From positions 257,734,001 to 257,798,000 of the forward strand of contig OZ024742.1 of NCBI GenBank assembly GCA_964016885.1: a stretch of DNA of 64,000 nucleotides, read 5' to 3'. The stretch comes from Eledone cirrhosa. Taxonomy: Eukaryota. The notes beneath the pieces are model-generated. The model saw nothing but the letters and a program-made list of their open reading frames with translations, searched no databases and had not been told where the DNA came from. Position numbers and translations under genes: made by a program. Of the stretch, positions 25,072 through 39,554 are shown piece by piece; the stretch's first letter is position 1; every line of letters starts with the position of its first letter.

Positions 25072-26434
25072 ATCCGTTATCGAGAGAATATTTGTTTAGG
25101 TGCTTAGAGAGGAATCACAGAAGAGTTGTAGACTGGATGAAAAACACGACAAAATTTGACGTTTTGTGCGTGTGCGTAGGGAAAAGGTGTGTGAATATGT
25201 GTATGATATATGTAAGTGTATGCCTGAGTGTAAGTGTGAATGTGTAGTGAGGAACGGCGATTTAATTTGAATGAATGAATGAAAGCGTTAGATTTTAATG
25301 TGGCTATGTGTATGCTATATGTACGTGTTTGTGCGCGTATATGTGTGTATGTGTAGTGAGGAACGTATTATTTAGATTTGTATTTCTTATTCTACACTGC
25401 TTCAAGCAAACTACAACGCTTTGATATATATATATTTATATTCACTCTGTATAATTTCATATTTTCTCATATAACATTAATTCTGCTGCAGATGTCTTCC
25501 AAATTTAACTCTGTTCGATTCAATGGATTGTTTCAACAAACTATGAATATTGCTTTGATAAAACCATACAATTTATATATATATGTATATATATATAATA
25601 TTAATGAGTGTAAAGAAGATGTTTATACTCATTTACTCATGCTATGATATGATTCCAAAATTAAAAGTCTAAGACATTAAATTACTGAAAATAGTTTCCT
25701 CCCATAGGAATGTACCACAAAGTCATTTTATTCAAGACTTTGCTATTAGTTAGCACAAAACATAGGGTTCATCAGAGATAATTAAAATCAGCCATGATAA
25801 ATATAATACCAAGACAAACCATATCATCTCTCTAATTAAATACCAGGCCAAAATACGAGGTTGTCAGATGTATTACAATATTTAAATGTTATTTGGAAGA
25901 GTAGTAACTTTTCAATTAGAATTGAAATTGTATGGTTTTATCAAAGCAATATTCATAGTTTGTTGAAACAATCCATTGAATCGAACAGAGTTAAATTTGG
26001 AAGACATCTGCAGCAGAATTAATGTTATATGAGAAAATATGAAATTATACAGAGTGAATATAAATATATATATATCAAAGCGTTGTAGTTTGCTTGAAGC
26101 AGTGTAGAATAAGAAATACAAATCTAAATAATACGTTCCTCACTACACATACACACTTATACGCGCACAAACACGTACATATAGCATACACATAGCCACA
26201 TTAAAATCTAACGCTTTCATTCATTCATTCAAATTAAATCGCCGTTCCTCACTACACATTCACACTTACACTCAGGCATACACTTACATATATCATACAC
26301 ATATTCACACACCTTATCCCTACGCACACGCACAAAACGTCAAATTTTGTCGTGTTTTTCATCCAGTCTACAACTCTTCTGTGATTGCTCTCTAAGCACC
26401 TAAAGAAAGATTCTCTCGATAACGGATAGTAAAT
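25066..26434. repeat. ~510-bp near-identical inverted repeat, probably a Penelope-like inverted insertion
   Basis: Arms 25066-25574 and 25925-26434 (identical spurious ORFs on opposite strands). Arms are bounded by (TA)n. Confidence 0.9.
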
Positions 26435-26561
26435 CCGAAAATATTTGTGATCAATTAGATTGCAATGACAAAATTCTATCGTTCTCTCTTTCTCAGTCGT
26501 GTTATTCCATTTAACCTCTTTTAACTTGGCATTTTAAATCTCGCATATATACATATATATT

Positions 26562-28230
<1,669 letters not shown>

Positions 28231-28259
28231 CATTATAATTATATATCTATCTATCTATC

Positions 28260-31200
28260 TTGGTAGCTGGACTCACACAATTTTGCTGGTAAGTTTCTGT
28301 CAATTTATTTACAAAAAACAGAAATTCTTGTTTAAAAAAAACACATTGTTTTGTTGATTAACCACTAGGCTGAATTGACAGCTGGGTGGCAATCTCATTT
28401 TTCGACCCCACAGGGGCGAAATTTTAATTTGAAATTAATTTGAAAACTGTTAAAAATATTTAATATTTTGCCATCAACAACGGCAAGCGTACAAAGAACG
28501 TTAGCGAACGTTGAAGAAGGACAAATAAAAGAAGAAATAGACTTTAACGTTGCTAAGAGCTTTGCCTGTATCGATGTAGTTGACAACAAGGTTTTGTGTA
28601 ACGAAAGTGAATTAGACAACACAAGCAAAATTGAACCACAGAGTGTGCAACAGACACCAAAATCAACAGAGAAAACAATTGGCACAACTACAAACGGAAA
28701 AATCGACAACCACCACAAAAACAACAATAACGCCAAAAAAATAACTTTTACAAAAATAGTCACAAATAATAATAACGTTACCTCTAACTCCGCATGTATT
28801 GGCGTCACCATGGAACCCAATATGGACAACAAAAATAAAAACAAGATCGAACCACGCAGTGTACAACAGACACCAAAAATAACAGAAAACATCAGAAATT
28901 AAAACCATTGACACAACAAAAACGGAAAAACCGACAACCACAACAACAATAACAACAACACCAAAAAACCTTTGCGCAAACAGTCATCAAGACACAAGTG
29001 TTCAACGATCTCGATATCTCCAATGCGAAACAGATGCTCTCTGAAGCAAAGGAGTTTATCACTTTCGGTGAAAACGGTGGATTTCAGATAAACTCACCCC
29101 CAGAAATTTGTCTGGAAGCATTTCGAAGGACAATTACCTTCAGAACTGTTTCAAATGAAACAAAACGATCAGCATTCCTCAGTCAAGGGGAAATTGAGGC
29201 AACCTTGAAGGAGATATTGCCAGACATTGACTTTATGCAGAGGGCCAAACACTACGGGACTATTTCGGTACTCCTCAAAAGCGAGGCACAAAGATACTCA
29301 GTAACGCCAATACTGTCAAAAAATACACCTTGTTCCCTACATACCTGGGGAAAAAGGACACAAAAGATCAGAATTACAAACATACCATCAAATATTAATA
29401 TTTGGTAGATATCTCAGGATTTTGGAGGAGAGAAAAGACACCATTCTCCCCATCAAAAAGTCAACCAGACACACGTTGTCTGGTACAAATTTAGAGATTC
29501 TTGTGAAAATGAGCCCGGAAAGAATCTCCAGAATACAAGAAAAAGTGCTAGTGGACAACAACAGCCACATAAGCATTTCAGTTGAGGGATGAAAACCACA
29601 TAGCTTTCGTTGCAATAGCACCACACACCTAAAGGCCTCCTGCCCTTTACAAATACGCTCAATCAAAATAATACAAAAGAAAACACTGTTACCAACACCA
29701 ACGCCAAAACAAATACAACCACAACAACAAAAACACACGAAATAAGCAAACACACCTAAACTAACAGCCACTCAACCAACAGCAACAGAAAAACCACAGG
29801 CAACACCCCTGAAGAACACAAGCCCATCCCATCCCACTCCATCAAACACTACCACAAACACACACACCGAAACACCAGCACCACACAATATACCCCTACC
29901 CCACCCTCCTGACGATGATTATTCACCAACAGATGAGGCTGCTTCTCCTTCTTTAGGTAAATGCAAAACAAAAAAAAAGAGACACCACAAAACCCCCAAA
30001 ATTCCAATCACCAACACCAACACACATCCACAGACACAAACAACAACACAAACAACACCACAATCAAACATCCCCCTACCAGCAAAACCAACACCAACAC
30101 CACCCCAAACACAAGCACCCACCATAAAAAGAAAACTCCCGAACGAGCAACAAACAATAACAACACAACACAAACAACAATACGCATACATCGACACAAA
30201 CAACAAGAGTTTGCAGGAGGTCAACTCCCAAAACTCCAAGTTGGAGACGGAGGGGAAAACTTTCGTCAAAGTAGAATCGTGTCCACACCTTAAACTTATA
30301 AGGGTTTTTATGGAGACCTATAGTGACCTGAAAAATAAATTTTCGCAGGACGTGGGAAACGCTTGCCAGAAACCCATCAACCGCGTTCTTTTAACATGTT
30401 TCCCCTCCCCACCCAACACCCCCTCCAGCACCCAAATGGAGATTGAACAACCCGATCTCCAGGAAACGAAAAGGTAATTGCACCTTTCGTCCCTTTTCTC
30501 CAACTATTCTCCACCAACATGACTCGCCCAGGGATGCCATGGAAAGAGGGCCAACTTTTAAACGACTTTAGGTCACACGGTATGGATGTGATAGCCATCA
30601 CCGAGTCCAGGATTCACAACAGGCAGCAACTAACCCCATATTCAATGACATTGAGAGCTACGCATCTCTCTGTCAGCCAGGAGGTGGAGGGGGGTGGCTG
30701 TCATGTTTCGGAAAAACTTGGACGTCGAAGTACAGCAAGTACACTTGGACTCGGAGGGTAGACTGGAAGTCCTAGACGTGAACAACACGGGGGAGCCTTC
30801 AGACTGGTGGCCGTTTATGCCCCAACCGGGCAATCGCAATCGCGGCCAGACTTCTTTAAGCGTCTAGAGTCTTTTCCGGGAACGTCTGGCTCCTTACTTT
30901 AAGTGGGGGACTGGAATGGTATCCGAGATGCACAATGGGACTATGTGGGAGCATGTCCCAGTACAGGGGGGTGCAACAACCTAAAAATCTAATCGGCCAA
31001 TTCCAACTGGCCGATAGATATCGACTAGATTTCCCGACTGCACCACAGGGGGCGTCAGCAAACCGCAGCGGGACATCTAGATCGTATTTAGATAGGTTAT
31101 TCAATAGAGAGAAGGATAAGAAGATGTTAAGCTGTCCACAAAGCACTTGGTTGCCTATTCAGACCACAAACTAGTCATCTGCATAGTCAACCGTGATACA

Positions 31201-34020
31201 GTACATAAACAAGGACCCGGATACTGGAAGCTGAACGTGTCGCTATCGACACGTAAATCCTACAGTGAATGTATAAGTAGATTAGTTGAGCAACGATTGA
31301 CGGTAAAAATCGTCAACAACAGATGGTGGTACTCCCTCAAGAAAGCAATTAGAGTAGAGTCGATAAGATTTAGCAGAGAGTTAGCCTTAGAGAGAAACAA
31401 AACAGAAAGGGAACTAGTAGCCAAGGTAGGAGAGGCACTTAGGAGTCGCAACGTAACTAGAGTGCTAGCAACGAGAACGCCACTGGACCAGTTCTTCGAC
31501 GCGAAACACGAAAGCTGCGTGGTCAGAAGTAAATCACGTGCTCTGGGAAACGAGGGAGCGAAAGCTATTAGCTGGGCCCGAGTGGCAGAGGCGAACAGTG
31601 GCAACAAGTCCACGATTCGGTCTTTGAAAGACCCAAATGGACGTGTACTTAACCCCAAGCGGATGTGCGCGGCCTTTCAGCGGCACTTTGCACAATTGTT
31701 CGGGCAGAGTGGCAGTGGGTCGAACGGCGCAATGGACATAGGTTCATACCTCAACGGTCTGCTGCGTCTCTCGAGCATGGACACCGAGTTCTGCGAAAGA
31801 CCGATCACAGCCACTGAGATACGGGACGCTCTGGGCCGCTGCAGGAAACGCAAATCACCCGGTATAGATGGTCTACCTTATGAGTTTTTCATAGGCATGA
31901 CGGTTTTGTTCTCTGCCGTCATCGTGGCCGTCTACTGCAACTGGCAGCAGAACGGGAGGATTCCAAGTTCTGCAGTCAGGGGCGTAGTAACGCTGATCAG
32001 GAAAGACGAGAACAAAGGGGACGAACTAAGCAACTTTAGACCCATAAGTCTGCTCAACACAGAGTTAAAGATGTTGGCCAAGGTGCTAGCGACGAGATTG
32101 GCGCTTGTCGTCGAGAACCTCCTAAGGAAAGCACAAACGTGTGCAATCCCGACCAGGTCCATACACGACAACCTCCACCTCATGCGATACATCATAGAGA
32201 GGGTGGGTAGTAAACCCGGCTTCGGTGGGGCTCTGATTAACTTGGATCAGTCTAAGGCATTCGATACGGTCGACCATGATACTTGGAAGCGGTTCTCAAG
32301 GCGGCCGGTTTCGGTCCCGTGTTCAGAGGATGGATCGAGGCGATGTACACCAGCATCCGCTCGAGGGACAAGGTGAACGGCTACCTATCGGAGCCGTTCG
32401 CAATCACGCGTTCCATTCGACAGGGGTGCCCTCTCTCCTTCATTCTGTATGTATTGACTCTAGAGCCACTACTGCAGAAATTGGAGCTGTTGCAGGGCAT
32501 CCCTCTAGAACCGGAACTGCGCAAAGCGGCGTCAGCTTATGCCGACGACGTGACGGTAATGGTGTCGAGCACCTCGGAAATCGGGGTGATCGACAACTTA
32601 CTGAAAGAATACGAAACGCTGACGGGGCAAAACTAAACCCGGACAAGTCTGTCGGTTTGCAACTCGGTACGTGGAGAGACAAACCGATGACGTCTGACAG
32701 CGTCGTTAGACATTGGACAGACGGACCGGTGAAATTGCTCGGGGTCTGGTTCGGTCCAGACATCTAGGTGGAGAAAAACTGGAACGAGGTCACGGCCAAG
32801 GTGTTTGCACTCACCCAGAAGTGGGCAGAGTGCAAACTGTCCTTGACAGATCGAGCGGAGGTGGCGAACACTTTAATAGCGTCCGTCACCTACTACTGCT
32901 TGACTGTCGTGCCTTGTCCCCGTGAACACCTCGCCAAGATGGAACGCATGCTCTTCCAGTTTCTGTGGAAGAAGCAGGCTCCGCTGGTGAGGAGATCCGT
33001 CTGCTGTCAGCACCCTTCCAACGGAGAGCTGGGAATGCCGTGGCTGATGATGCGCAAACATGCGCTGAGTCTGCGGCAAATCAGATATTCCTCACCTACC
33101 CCCAACCGGTGTGGGCACCGTTTGTGAGACAGACTTTCCCACAGCTCGTCTCGCTGACGGAGTCCTGGGTGAAGAAAAGACCGAAAACGATATCGGCCTG
33201 GCACATTGAATGCGCTAAGGCACACACAGTCCTCTGGCAGCGGGCGCGGCAATCAGTGGAGACTCCACTTCGACATTCTATAGAGGGATTGTACGTTACA
33301 AGGGCGACGATGTGCTCAGAGAGACTATGGGCGTCGAAGACGATGAGCTCACCAGTCTGTTTGGTAGGTCTTTCCGCCCGGGACCTATGGACAACTTCCA
33401 GAGGTCCCTGTCCTGGCAGTGCTACCGCGGAGCTCTACCGGTTCGTGACAAGATCTACAAGCACGGAAGCCCCGGCAGAGATCCTTCCAAGAGGACGTGT
33501 CCAAGATGCGCGCAGGACATTGAAACAGTCAAAAATGAAAGAGAGGCGGTTTTCCTCTGTACGGTGGCTATGGTGAAAGAAGTTATATGGTGGACGAGGT
33601 TGAGAGGACTGAGGACAGATGCCGTTCTCTCCGGACAACAATTGATTCCCTTCTTTAAGTATCACTTTAGAACGAGAATCAGGGTGGAGAGAGAGGCACT
33701 ACACCCCAGTAAATTTACTGAAAGGTGTGTGAATGAAGCGAAAATGGCCCGAGTGATTGGGCCTTCTCTGTTTATAAGCCTGTAGGTTGAGGAAGAGAGC
33801 AAAAGGAAGAAAGGAGCACTTGCACAAGACGCTCCTTGTGTTGAGGGTTGTTCTATCGACGGGGTATTAAATAACCCATTTGTGGCGCCTCCCCCCTATT
33901 GGGGATTTCTATTGTTGTAATTGTTTGTTTTTATATTTTTTACACGACTGTATGTAAAATCCCCGGCATGTCTTTGTATTGTCCCCTTTTCTTGTGCGCC
34001 CCTGTGGCTAATAAAGAAAT
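28260..34020 (+). mobile_element. Tx1-clade LINE family B (full length, decayed) in (TA)n
   Basis: ORF1 remnants 28468-30477. ORF2 remnants 30519-33785 with ITESR, GDWN, SYLDRLF, SDHK, GPGYWKLN, LDQSKAFD, QGCPLS and YADD. 3' end cctgtggctaataaagaaat(at)n; 5' flank (tatc/ta)n. Confidence 0.93.
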
Positions 34021-34029
34021 ATATATATA

Positions 34030-34077
<48 letters not shown>

Positions 34078-35099
34078 GAGTCAAAAACTTTCAATATTCC
34101 CCTACAATCAAATAGGCTCATGGAAATATCCCGAGCTCTACATTGTTTTTCATTTGCATGAAAAAAAATATAGAGCTCGGAATATTTCATTTGCATGAAA
34201 CAATTCTAATTGTGTCGAAGTTAATTTTATATATATAGTAAATATGCAAATATGCTTGTACTCTAGCAATATATTGCAGTTACAACTGAGAGAACTCAAG
34301 AATCTACACATCTATCTATTTATATTAAATTGTTCATTTGTAGGTCATTCAAAAAACCAATAAACCAATCATGCCTACACATGGCATGAAATGTCCTTAG
34401 ACTCAACTATAGCTTGCCCAAACTCTTAGAACTATGTTATCTGAACGGACCGGAGATAATCCTCATTCAACGACAATCCACTTTCAACTAAAATTTGACT
34501 CGACCGTTAGCTTAAAGGATAAACAGTTCTTTGTCTTCAAGAATGGAAGAGGCGATCATATCCCTTCTCCTTCATCTTTCAACCCACACTTCCAACAGCA
34601 TGTATTTATCAAACACGGACACGTTCCTTCTCGAAATATTAGGACATATGAATAAATAAGTTAACGCACATCTTGTTTCAACTTAATTTCTTCAAACAAA
34701 TTACAATATTCTTTTACAGACAGATTTATGTTACAAATGTTACGATTACTTTCGTTTTGTGAAATTTCGTACAGTTGATACAGAAGTGTTACACGTGTTA
34801 CGCCTCGAAGCAATCGTAATGTGTACATATCTACATATCTCTATAACAATTATGCACGCCCGTTTATCGAACTCGGAATGTAACACATATCCTCATCTTT
34901 CATCTTAAATGTTTCAAGCAAACAACGATATTCGTTTACTCTCTCTCTCTAAATATATATAAATATCATCAAGACAGCAATTGGAAAGAAATAGAGCAGC
35001 TCAAAAGCGGCTTTAAGAATCTGAAGACCAAACAACTCAAAGTCTCTGTGAACAAAGAGTCAGAACAAACAAATTTACGCTTTTAAAAAGTTGCCGATT

Positions 35100-36090
35100 G
35101 GAACATTGCTGCTTTTATTTACAATCCACATCAAGACTATGCCTCAGAAACTTTAATACAAATAGCACACAAAAGAGCTTTTAAAGTTGTTGACATTGCA
35201 AAATATTCGAAATAATGATTTTTCAATGGGAGAGTGACAGTTGTTCTATCAAGTTATTCCAAAGCTGATGAAATTAGTGCATGCTTTAAATCTCCACACC
35301 TCTGGTATTCCATAAAATTACTGTTTGAAACGAATATTCGAGAATATATCTATGGTGATAGATTATCTGAGAAGTTTGCTGACGACTTATTAATAATGGG
35401 AGTAGGAAGAGTACATGTAGACAATGAAGATGCAATAAATCCACAACCTATTTGCATAATGGTGAACTCTGAGAAACAAATTATTAACAAAGTCTTCCCA
35501 AATCTCTGTGCAAAACATAAGGATCACAAACAGTAGAGTAAAAGTGTAATTCTAGCTCCGAAAAATGTAACAGACAATGCAATAAACGTTGACCTCTTAA
35601 TATACCTTCCTGGAAATTGCCAATTATACAGATCTATTGACACGGTCGTTGAACAATCAGAAATAGTAAATTATCCAGTTGAGTTTTTAAACTCACTAGA
35701 ACCACCAGGTTTACCTCCTCATAAGCTTGACTTGGAACTTGGAGCAACTATAATGATTTTAAGAAATTTCGATCCTCCAACTTTGCGCAATGGCGTAAGA
35801 TTTATTATGTAGAACATGATGTCACATATTATAGAAGCTAATGTACTGTCCGGATGTGAAGCAGGCGATAATGTATTCATTACTAAAATGTTATTAATTC
35901 TACTGATTTACCAGTGCAATTAAAAAGCGTAGTTTCCAATTAGACTATGTTTTGTAGTGTCCATCAAGGAATCACAAAGACAGACAATATCAGCAACTGG
36001 TTTGCAATTAGAGGAGCCTTCCCTCTCACATGGACAATTGTATGTTGGATGCTCACGTGTTGTAAGTTTAAAAATCTTTTCATTTATACT
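35100..36090 (+). mobile_element. Helitron RepHel PIF1-helicase remnant
   Basis: ADEISACFKS..LW, KVFPNL, ILAPKN, YRSIDT, YPVEFLNSLEPPGLPPH, LRNFDPP.L.NG and SHGQLYVGCSRV motifs with stops and frameshifts. Confidence 0.9.
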
Positions 36091-36389
36091 CGGAAAAGCT
36101 CAGAATCTACTTATATATATAACCAGCAATTTCTCTCTCTGTCTGTCCGACAGTGGAAACACGTGGGTAGAGAGAGAGTGAGAGTGAAAAAAAGAGACAG
36201 ACTACGAGAGGGGGATATCGGGAAGGAGAGAGGGAGAGAGAGAGAGAGAGTGAATAGACGCTAAAGCACGTGCTACAGAAATATTACCTTCACCTCTCCA
36301 CTGACTTTGATCACTGAGGCCGAGGGAATCGCTGGTTGCTATAGAGACACCTTGCACAAGCCAGAAGTAACGAGTTCGAGGCGGTGCTG

Positions 36390-36580
36390 ACTTGAAGAAG
36401 GTTGCACTTGAATTTGTGGTTTGAAGAAGGTTGCCATTGAATTTGTGGTTGTTGCTGCTGATAATAAGGACCATTTGAAGAAGGCTGCCATTGAATTTGT
36501 GGTTTGAAGAAGGATGCCATTGAATTTGTGGTTGTTGCTGCTGATAATAAGGACCATTTGAAGAAGGTTGCTGCTGATGA
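36390..36580. repeat. Composite minisatellite (alternating 29- and 54-bp units)
   Basis: aatttgtggtttgaagaaggttgccattg alternates with a longer unit containing gttgctgctgataataaggacc. Confidence 0.85.
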
Positions 36581-37110
36581 GGTAATTTATTAATCAGATT
36601 GCGCAGTTCCATAACCTACGTTTGATTTGTTCAATTTTTTTCTTCAATTTTTTTTTTTTTTTTTCTTATTTCTTATTGAAAAAATATAAATAATAAAATA
36701 AGGTTAAAAATTGAAATACAATTAAATACGATTTAATTTCCATTTCCAGCAGCCAATGTCCAGTGTGTAATTTCATGAAAAAATTGGAAATAATAAAAAA
36801 AATTGAAGTTTAACTTTTGAACATTTGTTTTGACAATAAAAAAATATTTCCTTATTCACACCTAATGGTATGATTAAAATTTCATAGGAATATTTTTTTC
36901 TAACCGCCAGTTATTTATTTTCTCCTTTTTCGTTTTAAGATATATTTATTTCAAAGATTTCACCGTATAGATAACATACATGCATAAAAGACACACCGAG
37001 AGACGGTGAAAATGTGGTGCCGAAAACATTTCTCATCCAAATCTCAACAATATCAGTATACACACTAGATTTGCTAGCAGAAAACCGCCCACCGGGTGGT
37101 TTTCTGCTAG

Positions 37111-37414
37111 TCTATACATATAAAACTGAGGATGTCTGTCTCTGTGTGTGTGAGTTTGAATCCCTAAAACTAGAGAAGCACCCAACCGACTGTTTTCAAA
37201 CATTACACATGTAATACTTATGTTTCAGGGAGTGTTCTGAGCAAAAACAAATTCAGATTATCAAAGCCCTAGGGACCGATTTAGGCGATTTAGCGATCTC
37301 TCTCTATAATTCTTAGTCTTTCTCTTTTTAGATAGATACACATATATAAAGTCGCGCCCTTATATATGTATGTATGTCTGACTGTCTGCATTACGTCACT
37401 TCCCTGTGGATGTC

Positions 37415-37446
<32 letters not shown>

Positions 37447-38031
37447 AGTTTGAATCCCTAAAACTCGAGAAGTACCAAACCGATTTTTTTCAAACTTTAC
37501 ATGTGTATTACTTATGTGTCAGGGAGTGTTATGCACCTGAAAAATTCAATTTTTTATCTATTAGTGCCCGCATTAGGTGAAAAACTGCGTTTTTTAGGCT
37601 TTTTATGTTTTTTTTTAGGCAATATGTCAGACCGATTTCCTTGAAATTGTAACTATGTATTAGTCAGTCTGTTCTTCATACCGTGACCAAAGAAAATCCA
37701 ATTTCTGTATGGCCTAGGGCCCGCATTAGGTGAAAAACTTCATTTTTTCCGCTTTTTAGGGCTTTTAGGAGGTATTACGTCTAGCCGATTTTCCCGAAAA
37801 TTCAAGGCATATTATGCACATAAAAAACATTTATTTTCTTGATCCCCTAGGGGTGAAAACCTGCATTTTGCCTGCATCATCGAGGAAAATCTGAAAGATT
37901 ATCCAGCCTTCAACGTATTCGGTTTATTTTCTTTACATATTGTCCAGGCATGCAGTTATTCCACGATGAGGTCTGTTGGCGGCCCGCGCTCCAAAATTCC
38001 TATTTCGTTCAACGCCGAGTACCACTGCTAG
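37111..38031 (+). mobile_element. Non-autonomous Helitron
   Basis: 5' TCtatacatataaaa, internal (gt)n and tandem subrepeats, 3' caacgccgagtaccactgCTAG|t. A further 3'-end-like motif lies at ~38215-38240. Confidence 0.7.
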
Positions 38032-38309
38032 TGTTGTATATAAAGAAGTTTTGTCATAACTTACTTTGTTGTGTTTTCTACTTCAAGTATATTCTTGTTG
38101 TTGATGGCACAATATTTGTTATAACAGTTATGTTAGAATCACTAATCACACTAAGTATTAAGAAAAAAACTCGTATATCAATTTATGAGTGTGATGTCAT
38201 ATTATAATCAACCAGCGCAACGTCGGATACTTCTGCTGCTATATATATATATAAAATAATTTAGTCAAATATGTAAAATTTGGCTTCGTCTATTATAAAT
38301 TATAGATAT

Positions 38310-38364
38310 ACTGCCATATATATTTCGGTGACAGCCATCAATGGCTGTGACCTCTTCAGGCAGT
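38310..38364 (-). ncRNA. Minimal type I hammerhead ribozyme (cleavage triplet mutated to AUG)
   Basis: Reverse complement: ACTGC-CTGAAGA-ggtcacagccattgatggctgtcacc-GAAA-tatata-TG-GCAGT. Confidence 0.7.
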
Positions 38365-38609
38365 CCGAATTGGTGTGAGAAAAACAGGTACCCAAGTTGT
38401 TGAAGTGTGTTTTACTCCGTCAATACATCGATATGTCCATCTCCAGGTTGTATTGTTATTTCCCTGAGGAACTGGACTCATATATATCATCGATATGATT
38501 CCAGTTCCTCAAGGAAATAACATCACAACCAGGAGCTGGACATATCGATGTATTGACGGAGTAAAACACTTCAACAACATATGTACCTGTCTTTCCCACA
38601 CCAATTCGG

Positions 38610-38664
38610 ACTGCCTGAAGAGGTCACAGCCAATGATGGCTGTCACCGAAATGTATATAGCAGT
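38610..38664 (+). ncRNA. Minimal type I hammerhead ribozyme
   Basis: Stem I ACTGC/GCAGT, core CTGAAGA, 11-bp stem II with one C.C mismatch, GAAA, 2-bp stem III with 4-nt loop, triplet AUA at 38657-38659. Confidence 0.85.
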
Positions 38665-38835
38665 ATATCTAAACATTATAATAAACGAAGCCAAATTTTA
38701 CATATTTGACTTAATTATTTTACGTTACTGCGGAGTAAACAGACCAACCTGCGTAGTCCCTTGAGTGCTCCAATCTGCACACTTGGGTGTCGGTGAAAAA
38801 CCAACATATACTATATATATATATATATATATATA

Positions 38836-38885
38836 TATGTAAGTATGTTTGAAACAGTGACCGACTTTGAAATTAGAAATATAAG

Positions 38886-38924
<39 letters not shown>

Positions 38925-39472
38925 TATAAGCTTTCACCGTATTTTTTACTAAAGACATTTTTTAGCCTGATTGTGGGGTTTAGAACCCTCAGAGAAATGG
39001 GAAGTAAGATGAGTACTGACGTACATGGGAGTCGAACCCACATCTTTGGTTATTCAGACCACTGTGCTACCATTACACCAACCCATCACCCATCTCCTTC
39101 CATTCAGATTAGAAGCTACATTCTTAGCAAGTAAATGACAAGTAAGTATGTTTGAAAGAGTGAGCGAGTTTGAAATTAGAAATATAAGCTTTCACCGTAT
39201 TTTTGACTAAAGAAATTTTTTTTAGCCTGATAGTGGAAAAAAAATGTCTTTAGTCAAACATACGGTGAATGCTTATATTTCTAATTTCAAACTCGCTTAC
39301 TGTTTGAAACATACTTATTTGTCATTTACATGCTAAGAATGTAGCTTCTAATCTGAATGTAAGGAGATGGATGATATTTTGGTGTAATGGCAGCACATTC
39401 GTCTGGATAACCAAAGATGTGCATACGACTCCCATGTATGTCAATACTCATCTTTTTCCATTTATCTAAGGG

Positions 39473-39476
<4 letters not shown>
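38836..39476. repeat. Tandem-plus-inverted repeat containing tRNA-Gln-like segments
   Basis: 38840-38975 is repeated at 39140-39235. 38985-39235 is inverted at 39240-39476. tRNA-like ttggtgtaatggtagcac..tctgaat..ggttcgactcc on minus 39016-39082 and a decayed copy on plus 39378-39445. Confidence 0.8.

Positions 39477-39554
<78 letters not shown>

Larger units (their letters stand above)
38252..38810. mobile_element. Inverted Penelope-like pseudo-LTR pair
   Basis: Arms 38252-38484 and 38493-38720, each with a hammerhead. The plus arm extends through gagtgctc to (TA)n. Confidence 0.8.

Noticed and set aside
36390-36580. CRISPR-like repeat-spacer array
   Set aside because: The intervening segments are themselves repeated, the context is eukaryotic, and there are no cas genes.
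36202-36612. Gln-rich 136-aa ORF as a host exon
   Set aside because: Built from 29- and 54-bp repeat units whose combined period (83) is not a multiple of 3, so the same peptide appears in all three frames.
39016-39082. Functional tRNA-Gln gene
   Set aside because: The acceptor and anticodon stems do not pair properly, and it lies within a rearranged repeat.
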